NCBI RefSeq assembly: GCF_006345805.1
Contig: NC_043012.1
Location: 34,286,001-34,350,000, forward strand
DNA: 64,000 bases
Direction: 5' to 3'
Source of the DNA: Octopus sinensis
Taxonomy: Eukaryota
The notes beneath the pieces were generated by a model. The model was given only the letters and a program-made list of their open reading frames with translations, had not been told where the DNA came from and did no database searches. How positions within the stretch are numbered: position 1 is the first letter of the stretch; each line of letters starts with the position of its first letter. The position numbers and the translations under genes were made by a program. Shown here in pieces: positions 1 through 12,256 of this stretch.

Positions 1-55
1 TGCTCACAGATCTAAAATCTTTTAGAAAAATTTCCTCTTTCATCTTTTTTTCCAG

Positions 56-3000
56 AACAAATGGAAAGGTCAAATTGTTAAATAATTATACGTACAATGA
101 CGGCAAAGAAGAAAATAAAAACGATCTTTTCTCTCGTGAACCATTCGTCGCACACTTTGAAGTTCCTTGTTCAAGTAGGTTTCTGGTCACAATTCATTGC
201 ATTTCTTTATTTATCAAAAATATTGTAACCTTCCCAAATGACATCAAACATTATAAACATTTCATTTTTATTCCTTTCATTATTCATAAAACATTACAAA
301 CAATTCATTTTATTCCTTTGACTTGCCCGCCCCCACGAACCTTGTGCCAAAATTCGAAACTTATATCATGGTTATGTTTGTTTTCAATTCTTATATCGTG
401 GCACTCCGTCGGTTGCGACGACGAGGGTTCCAGTTGATCCGATCAACGGAACAGCTTGCTCGTGAAATTAACGTGCAAGTGGCTGAGCACTCCACAGACA
501 CGTGTACCCTTAACGTAGTCCTCGGGGGAGATTCAGCGTGACACAGAGTGTGTGACAAAGCTGGACCCTTTGAAATAAAGGTACAACAGAAACAGGAAGA
601 AAGAGTGAGAGAAATACAGGAAGAAAGATGCGATCGTTTAAAAACCTTTGGAGGCGTTGCTCCAGTCTAATGATTGAGAGCAGCAAAACTAATGAAAGAA
701 AACATTTATTTATTTATTTACAGAATTCAAAAAGTTCACCTTGGTTGGGGTTCATATTAGTCCTGACGAAGCTGTTGAAGAGATAAAGTTACTGGAGAAA
801 GTTCACGATAGTGTGACCAGAAAGTTCCGCACCAGCAACGTTATTATCATGGGTGACATGAATGCTGATTGTGGTTATTTCCGCGAATCTAAATGGCAAG
901 AAGTACCGATGCGCCGAAGTTCGGCCTACTCGTGGCCCATTTGTGACGATGTTGACACTACAGTTAAAGGGACACATTGCGCTTATGACAGGTAAGTTCC
1001 CTGGAATAAAAGAGAGATTGCTGTAGGACGATAAATAATTATTGATGAGCACTTAATGTTTATGTATTGAGTGTGGTTGAACTCTACGCAACCCTTCCAA
1101 ATATTGGAATCTGGTGATTGTATCAGAGATCTGTAGCATTGGATTCGATCTCACGTTCTACCACATTGAAATCACATTTTGATCATGTGTGCAAACCCAA
1201 TCGTTATCCAATTGTTCACGTGATTGTTCGGTAGTTTGTCAACTTTTCGTGAACAACAGCCGTTGATTGGATAACAATTAAGGGGCGGCGAGCTGGCAGA
1301 AACATTAGCACGCCGGACGAAATACGTAGCCGTATTTCGTCTGCCGTTACGTTCTGAGTTCAATGTGTGAAATGCCTTGAAAGCTTTTGTTGTGAAAAGG
1401 AAGCTAGAAAGATTAGAGGTAAATATAGTCTGTACGAAGAAGACGACGACGAATTCTGTTGAGATTTTTGATTAACAGAATTTCGTTCTTTTCGTACACA
1501 AAACCCCTCCACGAATATTGTCGTTATTATGAGCGACAAAACGTCAAGAGTTTTGAATGTTATTGTTTTTGGTGTCGCAGATAAAGTGTCAGTCGCCTTC
1601 CGACTGCCGACGTTTAATGCCGTTCGTCCTCTGACCCCTCTTTTTCTCAACCTCTGCGAGCTGGCAGAAACGTTAGCACGCTGGGCGAAATGCGTAGCCG
1701 TGTTTTGTTCTGAGTTCAAATTCCGCTGAGGTCCACTTTGCCTTTCATCCTTTCGAGGGGTCGATAAATTAAGTACCAGTTACGCACTGGGGTCGATATA
1801 ATCGACTTAATCCGTTAGTCTGTCCTTGTTTGTCCTTTCTGTGTTTAGCCCCTTGTGGGCAGTAAAGAAATAGGTTAATAAAGAAATTGACTGTTCATTG
1901 CCTTTAATGCTGTTAGCTGTTGTTCGCCGTCTCTTTTGGTCAACACCTATAGTGTCTGCCAATATCCTCTCCCTGCTTATATCTCAAGGTTCTCTGTCTT
2001 GCAGTGAATCGCAACATCGGGGGATTGCTGAATATTCTCGCTACAAATCTATTTTGCTTAATTTTGTGCATATTTTCTCATTTCAGATTTATTGTTGGAG
2101 GACGTGATTTAAGGAATTCCTACGTTCCTGGGTATACCAAAGCCTTTCGCTTTGACGAAGCATTTCGGATGAAACCAGAGGCGGTAATTATTTGTTATTG
2201 TTGCTATAATCGTTTAGCTCTTGATCAGCCTCTAATTAAAGGCGTTGAAACCGTAATAATCAGGGTCTCCTTGTTTAAGGTACACATGTATCCTTTCCCT
2301 TTTAACCTGTCCTGTGTATCCCACGAGAGACATCGGACATATTAACCCTGGCGTCCATGCATCATATATAATACACGTTTCCAATTTGTTTTCAACTACC
2401 AGAGTAACTTGGGACTTATGAAAGAAAAGCTTTATATTACTTAGAAAGTATGAAGCAAGGTCTAAACAAAACTCTGAAAACAATCACGGACGTTTAGGAC
2501 AAACCTACGAAAATGCTTTGCATTGGCAAAACGTTGAGTAGAGCAGGGGTCCGCAGCATTTTTTTTTCATCTAAGGGTCACTTTGATTGCTATCTTATTC
2601 TGGTGGTCTCCCATACTCATTCGATGTTTAAAAACTAGTTTTATACTTTCAAAATTCCTATTTTGCTATTCACACATTAACCTGTGTAGGTTGAACTATG
2701 TAAAATGTTCGAGAAAGAAACCTAGCTGTTTCTCGCAATACATAACAATACGTACATCTACAGAAAAACTTTTTCCAGGGTCGGGCTCCTCAAAATCTTG
2801 TATGGACTCCCAGGAGCCATATGAACGCCCGTTGAGAACCACTTGAATAGAGTATGATTTGAGTGAATTTCTCTGCTATTTCTCGCCGATGAATTCACCC
2901 TCGTTCATTCGGTAGCCATAGAGACAGCTAGGTAAATGAGGGGGGGGGAGATAGATGAATTGATGGATGATCATACCACGATTCCCCGAGACCAGCTAGC

Positions 3001-5249
3001 CATGTATCCATTCCACTCGATGCGATTCGCACTCCCCGCATCTCCTCCTATCATTCTTGACCTCGACACAAAATATTTCTGCAAATATTTTCTCCCCCAG
3101 TACTTCACCCTTCTAAAAGTACCGCCTATATATGTCCCACATTCTTCCCTACATTCTACACCAACCTACCTACGTTCAGATTGAATCATGGTTGTTTACT
3201 CCGTTGCGAATATTAGGTCCAGATCTCTTCTCTGAGAACCATTTCCTCACTTACAGTTCTATATTTAAGAGATGAGGAATTATTTACATTATTTACATTC
3301 GACGCATATTTGTCCTCATCTTGTTTGTTGTTAACACAACGTTTCGGCTGATATACCCTTCAGCCTTCTTCAGGTGTCTTGGGGGAAATTTCGAATCTGG
3401 GTTCTCATTCCTAAGGTATTTTTTTCGATGTTATTATTAATTTCATCACTTTCTACTACCCTACCCCCACCCGGTCTGGGGAAGGATGCTTTGTTAAAAT
3501 TAAGGTAGTTGTGTCACCCAACACCTCTGACTATTTTACTGGAAAACATCAGAAGAATCTGAATTGGTATAAAATGACAATATAACGAGTGGGGACATTG
3601 TGATTAGAGGACAACGTTCTAGAAAGACATATTTGGCTTATGGGCGGTAAGCTGGCAGAAACGTTAGCACACCGGGCGGAATGCGAATCCGTATTTCGTC
3701 TGTCGTTAAGTTCTGAGAGTTCAAATTCCGCCGAGGTCGACTTTGCCTTTCATCCTTTAGGAGTCGATAAATTAAGTACCAGTTACGCACTGGGGTCGAT
3801 ATAATCGACTTAATCCGTTTGTCTGTCCTTGTTTGTCCACTCTATGTTTAGCCCCTTGTGGGCAATAAAGAAATAATATTTGGCTTATGGGAGAGGTCTT
3901 TTTTTCATTCAAAATGATATGTAGGTTACGTATGGGTGAGATGTAGGTGATACGTGGGCGATATTTGGGTGATGTATGGGTGACGTGTAGGTAACATGTC
4001 TTTTTCGGGACACAAGTGAAATATTAATTCGAACTCACGCCGAATATTTGGCTCGTTTACCCTCAAACCCTTGTTACTTAAGGGGCCAACGACAGGAGGT
4101 CTACATGGTTAACAGCTAAATAATTCTCCCTCAAATAATAACTTTTAATGAAAGGAAAGTATAAAGTATAATTATGTCTGAAAGATAAGAAATGTCTGAA
4201 AGAAAACAAGATTCAAGGCATGAGTGTCAAAACTTCACAATCTCCTCTGGTAAATCTGCGACCTTGTTTTTTTTTAAAATTGGTATGAAACGAAAGAAAA
4301 TTTGATCTTGAAATCCTCGTCCTCTCGTCCTCCTCCTTCTCGTCGTCGTCATCGTCGTCCTCCTCCTTCTCTTCCTCCTCTTCTTCTTCTTCCTCCTCCT
4401 CTTCTTCTTCCCCCTCCTCTTCTTCTTCCTCCTCCTCTTCTTCTTCCCCCTCCTCTTCTTCTTCCTCCTCCTCTTCTTCTTCCTCCTCCTCTTCTTCTTC
4501 CTCCTCCTCTTCTTCTTCCGCCTCCTCTTCTTCTTCCTCCTCCCCGTCCTCATCCTCCCCTCCCCATCCTCCTTATTCGTGCCTCTATTACATCTAGAAA
4601 GGTATGTTTCTTTATTAGCCACACAGGGCCGCACACAGACGGGACAGATTACAAAGTAGAGCTTTTCTTTTTGGGGAGAAAAAAAAAGGTGGTGTAGGTT
4701 TTCGATCAAAAGGGATCGTAAAAAGAAAAGAAGAAAAATAAGAAGAAAAAAAGGAAAAGAAAAAAAAACAGAAAAAAAACGATCAATAGGGATCGTGTAT
4801 CACAGTGTCATGATGTAAAGTGTAAAGGGGGAAGCAGATAAGGTTTATCCGTGGGAAGAAAAGCCTACGGAAAAGACCACGGTAACCTCGGTCAATATTG
4901 TTACATGTTACCACATTTGTTTGCAAGTAGGTAACCCTCTGTTTTACATTTTCCGGGTTCATAGGATCATGCTCAAGGTGGCTTCGTCATTCGTACGTGC
5001 CATCCTTGCTACATTCACCCATCTTTTTTTGAACCATTCGCTAGACAAAACTTGCCTCTCTACTCTCATTTTCCTCTTCAAGTGATACTTGAAGAAGTTG
5101 ATGAGAGATTGACCAAACAGTTATAATTATAGCATCATATTAATTTTTCTCTCTCTTCTTTCCAGGCTGAAGCCGTTAGCGATCATTATCCAATTGAAAT
5201 AGTTTTTGAAAATAAATGTGGAAAATCGCCGGACAGTGTGGTTGGCTAA
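56..5249 (+). CDS. DNASE1: Deoxyribonuclease I family protein, 3' portion (exons 56-174, 724-991, 2087-2183, 5166-5249; 5' exons lie upstream of the window)
   Basis: All introns are GT-AG with matching phases (1, 2, 0). The spliced translation is ...YTYNDGKEENKNDLFSREPFVAHFEVPCS-KFKKFTLVGVHISPDEAVEEI...IIMGDMNADCGY...DVDTTVKGTHCAYD-RFIVGG...MKPEA-AEAVSDHYPIEIVFENKCGKSPDSVVG*. It carries the DNase I signatures FSREP, H-x-x-P (catalytic His), MGDxNAxC, DTT, HCAYDR and SDHYP. The symbol is family-level only. Confidence 0.93.
398..590 (-). mobile_element. tRNA-derived SINE family E, 3' fragment
   Basis: Reverse complement matches the 3' half of the element at 52195-52520 (gtggctgagcactccacagacac, gatcaacggaacagc). 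Confidence 0.65.
1284..1363 (+). mobile_element. SINE family A, head-only fragment
   Basis: ggcggcgagctggcagaaac...gttctgagttcaa is the head shared by about 18 copies in the window. Confidence 0.8.
1656..1874 (+). mobile_element. SINE family A copy
   Basis: Head with A/B-box-like motifs (gagctggcagaa, gagttcaaattcc), body gtcgatataatcgac and tail gggcagtaaagaaata. Confidence 0.85.
3333..3378 (-). ncRNA. Minimal hammerhead-ribozyme-like motif (Penelope-type)
   Basis: The minus strand reads gacac-CUGAAGA-a-GGCUGA[agggtata]UCAGCC-GAAAC-GUU-gtgtt. It has the conserved core, a 6-bp stem II, stem I, and a palindromic AACGUU in place of stem III. Confidence 0.5.
3642..3875 (+). mobile_element. SINE family A copy with 16-bp TSD
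   Basis: Flanked by atatttggcttatggg at 3629-3644 and 3876-3891. Confidence 0.9.
4310..4565. repeat. Compound (CTT/CCT) pyrimidine tract with a 21-bp higher-order period
   Basis: A unit of about ttcttcttcctcctcctcttc is repeated, producing the LLLPPPL and RRKKKRR artefact ORFs. Confidence 0.9.
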
Positions 5250-5634
5250 AGAGATTCAAATAAAAGAACAGCCCTTAAATAATAAACACTTCTTCAAATT
5301 TTATATTGTATTCTTGTTGTTCTTTGAGGTTTTGGTTTTTCGAGTTTTATTTTGGTTTGTCGTTGAACCAGATATCCTATTGATAATCGATGACTGATCA
5401 ATATAACTTACCTGAAATCGAACTCAGTAAGATGTTTGAACAAAGATCACAAAATAGATAAAGATAACGCAATATCGCAAGGCCTAGGTCAACTTTGCTA
5501 TTCACCAGTCCAGGATCGATAAAATAAGTACCAGCCGACTACTGGGGCCAATGGTATTGATTAATCTCTCAACTTAAAATTGCTGGCCTTGTGCCCCAAA
5601 ATTTCAAGCCATTATTATCATTATTATTATTATT

Positions 5635-6161
5635 GAGTGAGAGGGTAGTGCATGCCATCAAAGTAACACTAGGATAAATTATACGAGGCCCAGTATACCC
5701 ATCATGACTACCCGTCTGATAGAGGTACACCAGGCACATGCATCACAACCATATGTGCGCGACATGGTGATCTCATATCAAGATAAACAGAGCATGACTT
5801 TGCAGGTGGGGCTCTGTTAGAATTTTCTTCAGGTCGAGTAGCCCATCCCACTCAAAAGGTTCCTGAATAAGGGTTGTTTAAGGATGTTGAACAAAACACC
5901 CATATTTCCAAAGGTGAGTTATTCAAACCTCAAACAATTCCTCTCAATACACTACTTTTGCTCGCGATCAGATATGCACATATCGTCACCCACTAAGGGA
6001 CATGCTCAACTCGTTAAGGGTCAAACAACTGACAAGCAAATCTGTGGTATTGAGCAGGATATTTGCTGTCGCCCATCTTTTATACCAAAACAAAACAACA
6101 TACATGATAACGCTTCCAATCTGTTATGATCAGAAGCCATGAGAGCCACTGCCTGGTACTG
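5635..6161 (-). mobile_element. 3'-UTR-only copy of an R4/Dong-like non-LTR retrotransposon
   Basis: Closely similar to 6302-7073. It is bounded by (TAT)n at 5611-5634 and (CAT)n at 6162-6192. Confidence 0.65.
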
Positions 6162-6193
<32 letters not shown>

Positions 6194-6301
6194 AGGCAGC
6201 GAGCTGGCAGAATCATTCCCACGCTGGACGAAATGCTTAGCGGTATCATTAACATTATTAGCAGTATTATTATTATTATTATTATGATTATTATTATTAT
6301 T

Positions 6302-7335
6302 GAATAAGAGAGCGGTGCATGCCATCAAAGTGACACTGGGGTAAAATATACGAAGCCCAGTATACCTATTTCTTTACTACCCACAAGGGGCTAAACACAG
6401 AGAGGACAAACAAGAACAGACAAACGGATTAAGTCGATTATATCGACCCTAGTGCGTAACTGGTACTTATTTAATCGACCCCGAAAGGATGAAAGGCAAA
6501 GTCGACCTCGGCGGAATTTGAACTCAGAAGGTAACGGTAAACGAAATACGGCTACGCATTTCGCCCGGCGTGCAAACGTTTCTGCCAGCTTGCTGCCTTT
6601 GTATACCGTCATGACTAATCGTCTGATAAAGGTACACCAGGCACATGCATCACAACCATATGTGCGCGACATGGTGATCTCATATCAAGATAAACAGCAC
6701 ATGACCTTGCAGGTAGGGCCCAGTTAGAATTTCCTTCAGGTCGAGTAGCCCATTCCGCTCAAAAGGTTCCTGAATAAGGGTTGTTTAAGAGTGTTAAGCG
6801 AAGCACCCATGTTTCCAGAGGTGAATTACTCAAACCCCAAAGAATCTCTCTCAACACACGGCTATGATGCTCCCCCACTACTTCTGCTCGTGATCAGAGA
6901 TGCACATATCATTAGCCACTAAGGGACATGGTCAACTGGTTAAGGTCAAGCAACTGACAAGCAAATCTGTGGTATTGAGCAGGATATTTGCTGTAGCCTA
7001 TCTTTTATACCAAGACAAAACAGCATACATGATAACGCTTCCAATCTGTTATGATCAGAAGCCATGAGAGCCAATACTAATATAATTAGAAGGGATTTTG
7101 TCTTGAGGCTTGGTGACAAGTCTCCTAGGATCTCAAGAATCCTTCTTAGAATTCTTGCAGAATATTGGATGGTGCTTTTCTGCAGGCCGACAATGCGAAT
7201 CTCAATTGCAGTCTCTTTCAGTATTTCAGGTAGAATTTTGAGTGTTGTGCCAAGTGCATCAGTTATCACATGAATATTTGTTTTAAATTTCCAGTCTTTC
7301 AGCTCTCTGGCTATATCCTGATATTTCTCAGATTC
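6302..7335 (-). mobile_element. 5'-truncated R4/Dong-like non-LTR retrotransposon (ORF C-terminus plus 3'UTR), interrupted by a SINE
   Basis: Minus-strand ORF SEKYQDIARELKDWK...DALGT...LQKSTIQYSARILRRIL is the C-terminal motif of RLE-type elements. The 3' end runs into (AAT)n at 6265-6301. Confidence 0.75.
6367..6598 (-). mobile_element. SINE family A inserted in the retrotransposon 3'UTR
   Basis: Flanked by a gtatacc duplication. The uninterrupted site is visible in the 5635-6161 copy (cccagtatacccatcatgac). Confidence 0.85.
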
Positions 7336-8050
7336 AATAGACAATGAAGCAATAGACCATCTCGTCTCGGGATGTCCTGTGCTGACACCAAACGAATACA
7401 AATATCGCCACGATAGGGTAGGACATCATTTACTTGGAAAAATATGTAAACACTACAAAATCAGCATTCTTGCTTACTGGTATGAACATCATCCTGAGCC
7501 AGTCGTTGGACGTAAAAATGTCACTATCCTCTGGGATTTTCCAGTGAACATCGACAGAACGATGCAGGATAATCGACCAGATATAGTCATTAAAGACGGA
7601 GAAGAAAATACTTGTAGGCTAATAGATGTAAGTGTTCCCACTGATGAAAAATATATATGTAAAAGGATTTGACAAATTAAGTAAATATAAGGTCCTGGAA
7701 ATTGAAATACAAAAGATGCGGCATCTTAAGGCGAGAACTGTTCCTGTTATTGTAGGTGTCTTAAGTATGATAAGAAAGGGATGTCAGAAACATCTAGATA
7801 ATATCCCTGGAGGACCATGTCTCAGAGAAATCCCAAATATTGTGATGACAAATACTGCTCACATCCTTAGAAAAACCCTATCAATTTAAACGTCTGTGTT
7901 GTACTACATGAAGATATTTCGCTACTGCCCTTGCCACTTCCCCTCCCCAAGCTTTCACTCATACTGTAACATCTTTCATCCTTCACTCGCCTTAGGATGG
8001 TGGGTGTGCCTCGGCAAGTGATTGTAACAAACATGCAGATTAAAAGTAAA
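7335..8050 (+). mobile_element. Decayed R4/Dong-like element, 3' part (Zn knuckle plus restriction-like endonuclease)
   Basis: EAIDHLVSGCPVL...EYKYRHDRVG...RPDIVIKD...LIDVSVP...AHILRKTLSI, frameshifted. Followed by (GAT)n at 8051-8125. Confidence 0.8.
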
Positions 8051-8074
8051 TGATGATGATGAAGATGATGGTGT

Positions 8075-8123
<49 letters not shown>

Positions 8124-8126
8124 AAT

Positions 8127-8428
8127 AGGTACCCTGGGAATAATAGCAAAATGGGCTGATTGCTACCTAGCTCAGATCCAGGAAACCCCAAAATGGCAGA
8201 AATTTTAAAGATAGTGCACATGGCTCATATCCTACGCAAAATACTTTCTATGTAATCTCAAGTTTAAAAATAAACATAATTTTCTTATGGTTTCTTAAAC
8301 ATTCTCTAGAACAACACTATGTACAAAACCAAATATATGGCACACCAACACGAACTTCCAACTTGTCTCTTGAGGTCTCTGGGTGAGACTTGGAGCCAAC
8401 TTGTACAAATGTAAAGCAAAAGTCAAAC

Positions 8429-8430
<2 letters not shown>
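8127..8430 (+). mobile_element. R4/Dong-like 3' end fragment (third subfamily)
   Basis: Encodes, with a frameshift, about GTLGII...AHILRKILSM*, then a 3'UTR and (TAA)n at 8431-8483. Confidence 0.65.
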
Positions 8431-8485
<55 letters not shown>

Positions 8486-8512
8486 GAAGAAGAAGAAGAA
8501 GAAGAAGAAGAA

Positions 8513-8897
8513 AAAATGCTTTCTAATTGATGTATCAATGCCAGCAGATGACAACGTGTCTCTAAAAGAAATGGAGAAACTTTCAAAATGGAAAGACCTG
8601 GAAATAGAGTTAATTCGAATGTGGAATCTAAAAACAGAAACAATTCCTATCATAGAAGGCGCATTAGGCATGATAAAAATTAAACCCCATTCGAACAAAT
8701 ACATAACAAAATCATCAGGGCTTACAATTATATATAACATACGAAAAATAGACCTACTAGGCACCACACACATCCTACGTAAAACACTTTCAATACAGTA
8801 ACCATCAGAGCATCACAACAAAACACAGCACATACCCAAGGCACACAGAGCTGCGCTCGGTAGTGAACTGAAAGTAAGTGATAAAAATAAAACTACC

Positions 8898-8899
<2 letters not shown>
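8513..8899 (+). mobile_element. 5'-truncated copy of the 9271-12260 element
   Basis: Highly similar to 11890-12260, with the same terminus aaaataaaactac(c/t)gaa followed by (TAA)n. Confidence 0.9.
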
Positions 8900-8951
<52 letters not shown>

Positions 8952-8973
8952 TGATGATGATGATGATAATAAT

Positions 8974-9023
<50 letters not shown>

Positions 9024-9037
9024 TGATGATAATGATG

Positions 9038-9071
<34 letters not shown>

Positions 9072-9091
9072 TGATGATGATGATGATGATG

Positions 9092-9125
<34 letters not shown>

Positions 9126-9142
9126 TGATGATGATGATGATG

Positions 9143-9185
<43 letters not shown>

Positions 9186-9207
9186 TGATGATAATGATGA
9201 TAATAAT

Positions 9208-9270
<63 letters not shown>
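8900..9270. repeat. Long (AAT)n/(GAT)n compound microsatellite
   Basis: About 370 bp of AAT/GAT triplets, the source of the poly-N and poly-I ORFs. Confidence 0.97.
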
Positions 9271-9273
<3 letters not shown>

Positions 9274-12256
9274 CAAAATAACAACACCTATTATAAACAG
9301 CATAAACCTAGCCGTCACTGAACTGATAGCCACTGAATCAAAAAAAAGTGATATCACTGAGCTAAATAACCTAATATACGCAGCAGCCACTGCAGCCACA
9401 AAAGAAGCTGGATACTCACCCAAACCCGCCCAAACAGGAGTACCACCACCCAAACAAACCCTGTGGATAAATAACATCCAAAGCAAAATAAAAAAAAATA
9501 GAAAAGACCTGTCGATTCTTAATGAAATCAGCAAACAATCAACGCTACTGAGCAACAAAAAGAGAACAAAAATACTCCGCAAATATAACATCACAGAGAA
9601 AGATTTGCCTGAAATAAAAGCCAAAGCACAAAGGATCCGCCGGTACAAGAAACGCCAACGCTTCTTTGAAGAAAACAAAAAGTTCAACTCCAACCCCAAA
9701 AAGTTCTACCAAGAACTGGGAAAAAATAAAATAGAAGTCACTGCAGCACCAACGGCAGAAGAATTGGAAGAATTCTGGGGAGAAATATGGTCGGCGAACG
9801 AACCACCAAAAAAAAGGAGTATCAGAATAACAAACTCGGCATCTGAACAACTTTGGACCCCCATAACAACTGAAGAGGTCACCCAGGCACTGCAAAGACT
9901 AAGCAACTGGAAGGCACCTGGGCATGACAAGATCCCCAACTTCTGGTTGAAATATCTAACAGGAATGCACAAAAAGCTGGCTGAAAACTTTAACAACGTA
10001 CTAGCAGAGCCAGAGACAATGCCTGAATGGCTCACGAAGGGGAAAACCATCTTAATTCCCAAATCAAATGAAACAGAAAAACCAGAAAACTACAGACCAA
10101 TAACCTGCCTCCCTACTATGTTCAAGGCATTTACTGCAGTGATATCACAAAGGCTGAACAAGCACCTGGACGAAAACAAACTGTTCCCAGAAGAGCAGAA
10201 AGGATGCCGCAAAGGCTCATATGGCTGTAAAGATCAACTAATGATTAATAAAGCCATAACTGAAGACAGCCACAGAAAGAAGAAAGGCCTCAGTATGGCC
10301 TGGATTGACTACAAAAAGGCGTTTGATAGCATCCCCCACACATGGATCCTCGAAACACTAGCCATTAACAAAGTAGCACCAACAATCATAAAATTCATAG
10401 AGCACTCTATGAATAAATGGCAAACAGTCCTACACCTCCAAACAAAAGAGGGACTCATGAAAACCAAAGACATCCCCATTAGAAGAGGAATATTCCAGGG
10501 AGACACGCTCTCTCCACTTCTTTTCTGCTTGGCACTGTCACCTCTATCTGATATGCTAAATAGAACTGGATGCGGATATAAATGTTACGGCAAAACGATC
10601 AGCCACCTTTTATATATGGATGACCTAAAACTATACGCTGCAAATGACAAACAGCTGGAAACACTATTAAAGACAGTTCATGGATTTACCAAAGAAATAG
10701 ATATGAAATTTGGATTAGAAAAATGCGCCAAAGTAACCCTGAAAAGAGGAAAACTAGTTAAGAGTAACAACATCACACTAGATAAAACCAATGAAATAAA
10801 AGAATTAGACCAAAGCCAAACTTACAAATACTTAGGAATCCATGAACTAGATAAGACACAACACACACAAATGAAAGAGAAAAATAAAAAAAGAATATTA
10901 TAGACGAGTTAGATCAATACTAAACACAGAGCTCAATGCTAAAAACAAGATAATAGGTATCAACACTTTAGCTGTCCCAGTTATAAGTTACAGCTACAAT
11001 ATCCTTAACTGGACACGAAATGAACTGACCAAAATAGATAGGAAAACAAGAAAAATAATGACAGGATCTAGGATGCATCACCCAAAATCTGACATAGAAA
11101 GACTATATATACAACGTATAGAAGGTGGTAGAGGCCTTATACAGCTGGAAAACTACTATAAAATAACCACCATAGGACTGCAAAAATATCTACTTCAGAA
11201 GGAAGGAAAACTGATCCAGATAGCGGCAAAACACGAGCAAAACAAAAAACTGTTCTCAGTATTTAAGGAAGCTGACAAATACAAACAAGAAATCATACCA
11301 CCTAATAAACATGAAGAAGAAGAAGAAGATGAAGAAACAACAAAAGCTATAAAACAAATGAAATCCAAACTAAAAATAGAACAGCAACGAACCATGATAA
11401 AACGATGGCAAGAAAAGCCCCTTCATGGTAAATACTGGACTAAACTAAACGCAAAAGAAATAGACAAAGAAAAATCCCAGCAATGGTTGAGAAGCTCAGG
11501 ACTCAAAGCAGAAACAGAGGGATTTTTAATTAGAGCACAAGACCAAAGCCTCCCCACCAGAAATTACCAAAAACATGTAATGAAAAGAAATATTACAAGT
11601 AACTGCAGAATATGTGGAGATGGACAAGAAACAATAAATCATATTATCTCTAGCTGCCCAGTCCTGGCTAAGAAGGAATATATTCACAGACATGTCAGAG
11701 TTGGAACCTACATACATTGGAAGCTATGCCAACATTATGGAATAACAACAGAAAAAAGATGGTATAGGCACACACCAGAAAAGGTCACAGAAAACGAGAA
11801 AGCAACCATACTCTGGGATATGCCGATACACACAGATAGAGAAATTAAGGCCAACAGACCAGATATAGTTGTCAGAGATCATGAAGGAAAAAAATGCTTT
11901 CTAATTGATGTATTAATACCGGCTGATGACAACGTGTCTCTAAAAGAAATGGAGAAACTCTCAAAATACAAAGACCTGGAAATAGAGGTAACTAGAATGT
12001 GGAATCTGAAAACAGAAACAATTCCTATCATTAGGCATGATAAAAAAATATTCAGACAAATACATAACAAAAACCCCAGGACTTACAAACACATATAACA
12101 TACAGAAAATTGCACTACTAGGCACTGCACACATCCTACGCAGAACACTTTCCATACAATAACCATCAGAGCATCACAACAAATCACAGCACATACCCAA
12201 GGCACACAGAGCTGTGCTCGGTAGGGAAGTGAAAGCACGCTACAAAAATAAAACTA

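Noticed and set aside
4227-4709. Arg/Lys-rich protamine-like ORF and the opposite Leu/Pro ORF
   Set aside because: Both are products of the CTT/CCT tract in a DNase I intron.
6452-6727. Recurrent ORF family MRNWYL..RPRKDERQSRPRRNLNSE (also at 13420, 30541, 30743, 55273, 60892)
   Set aside because: Antisense reading of SINE family A, not a protein family.
8893-9321. Poly-Ile, poly-Asn and poly-Met ORFs, including the N-terminus of the 651-aa ORF
   Set aside because: These are translations of the (AAT)/(GAT) microsatellite. The retroelement sequence starts near 9271.
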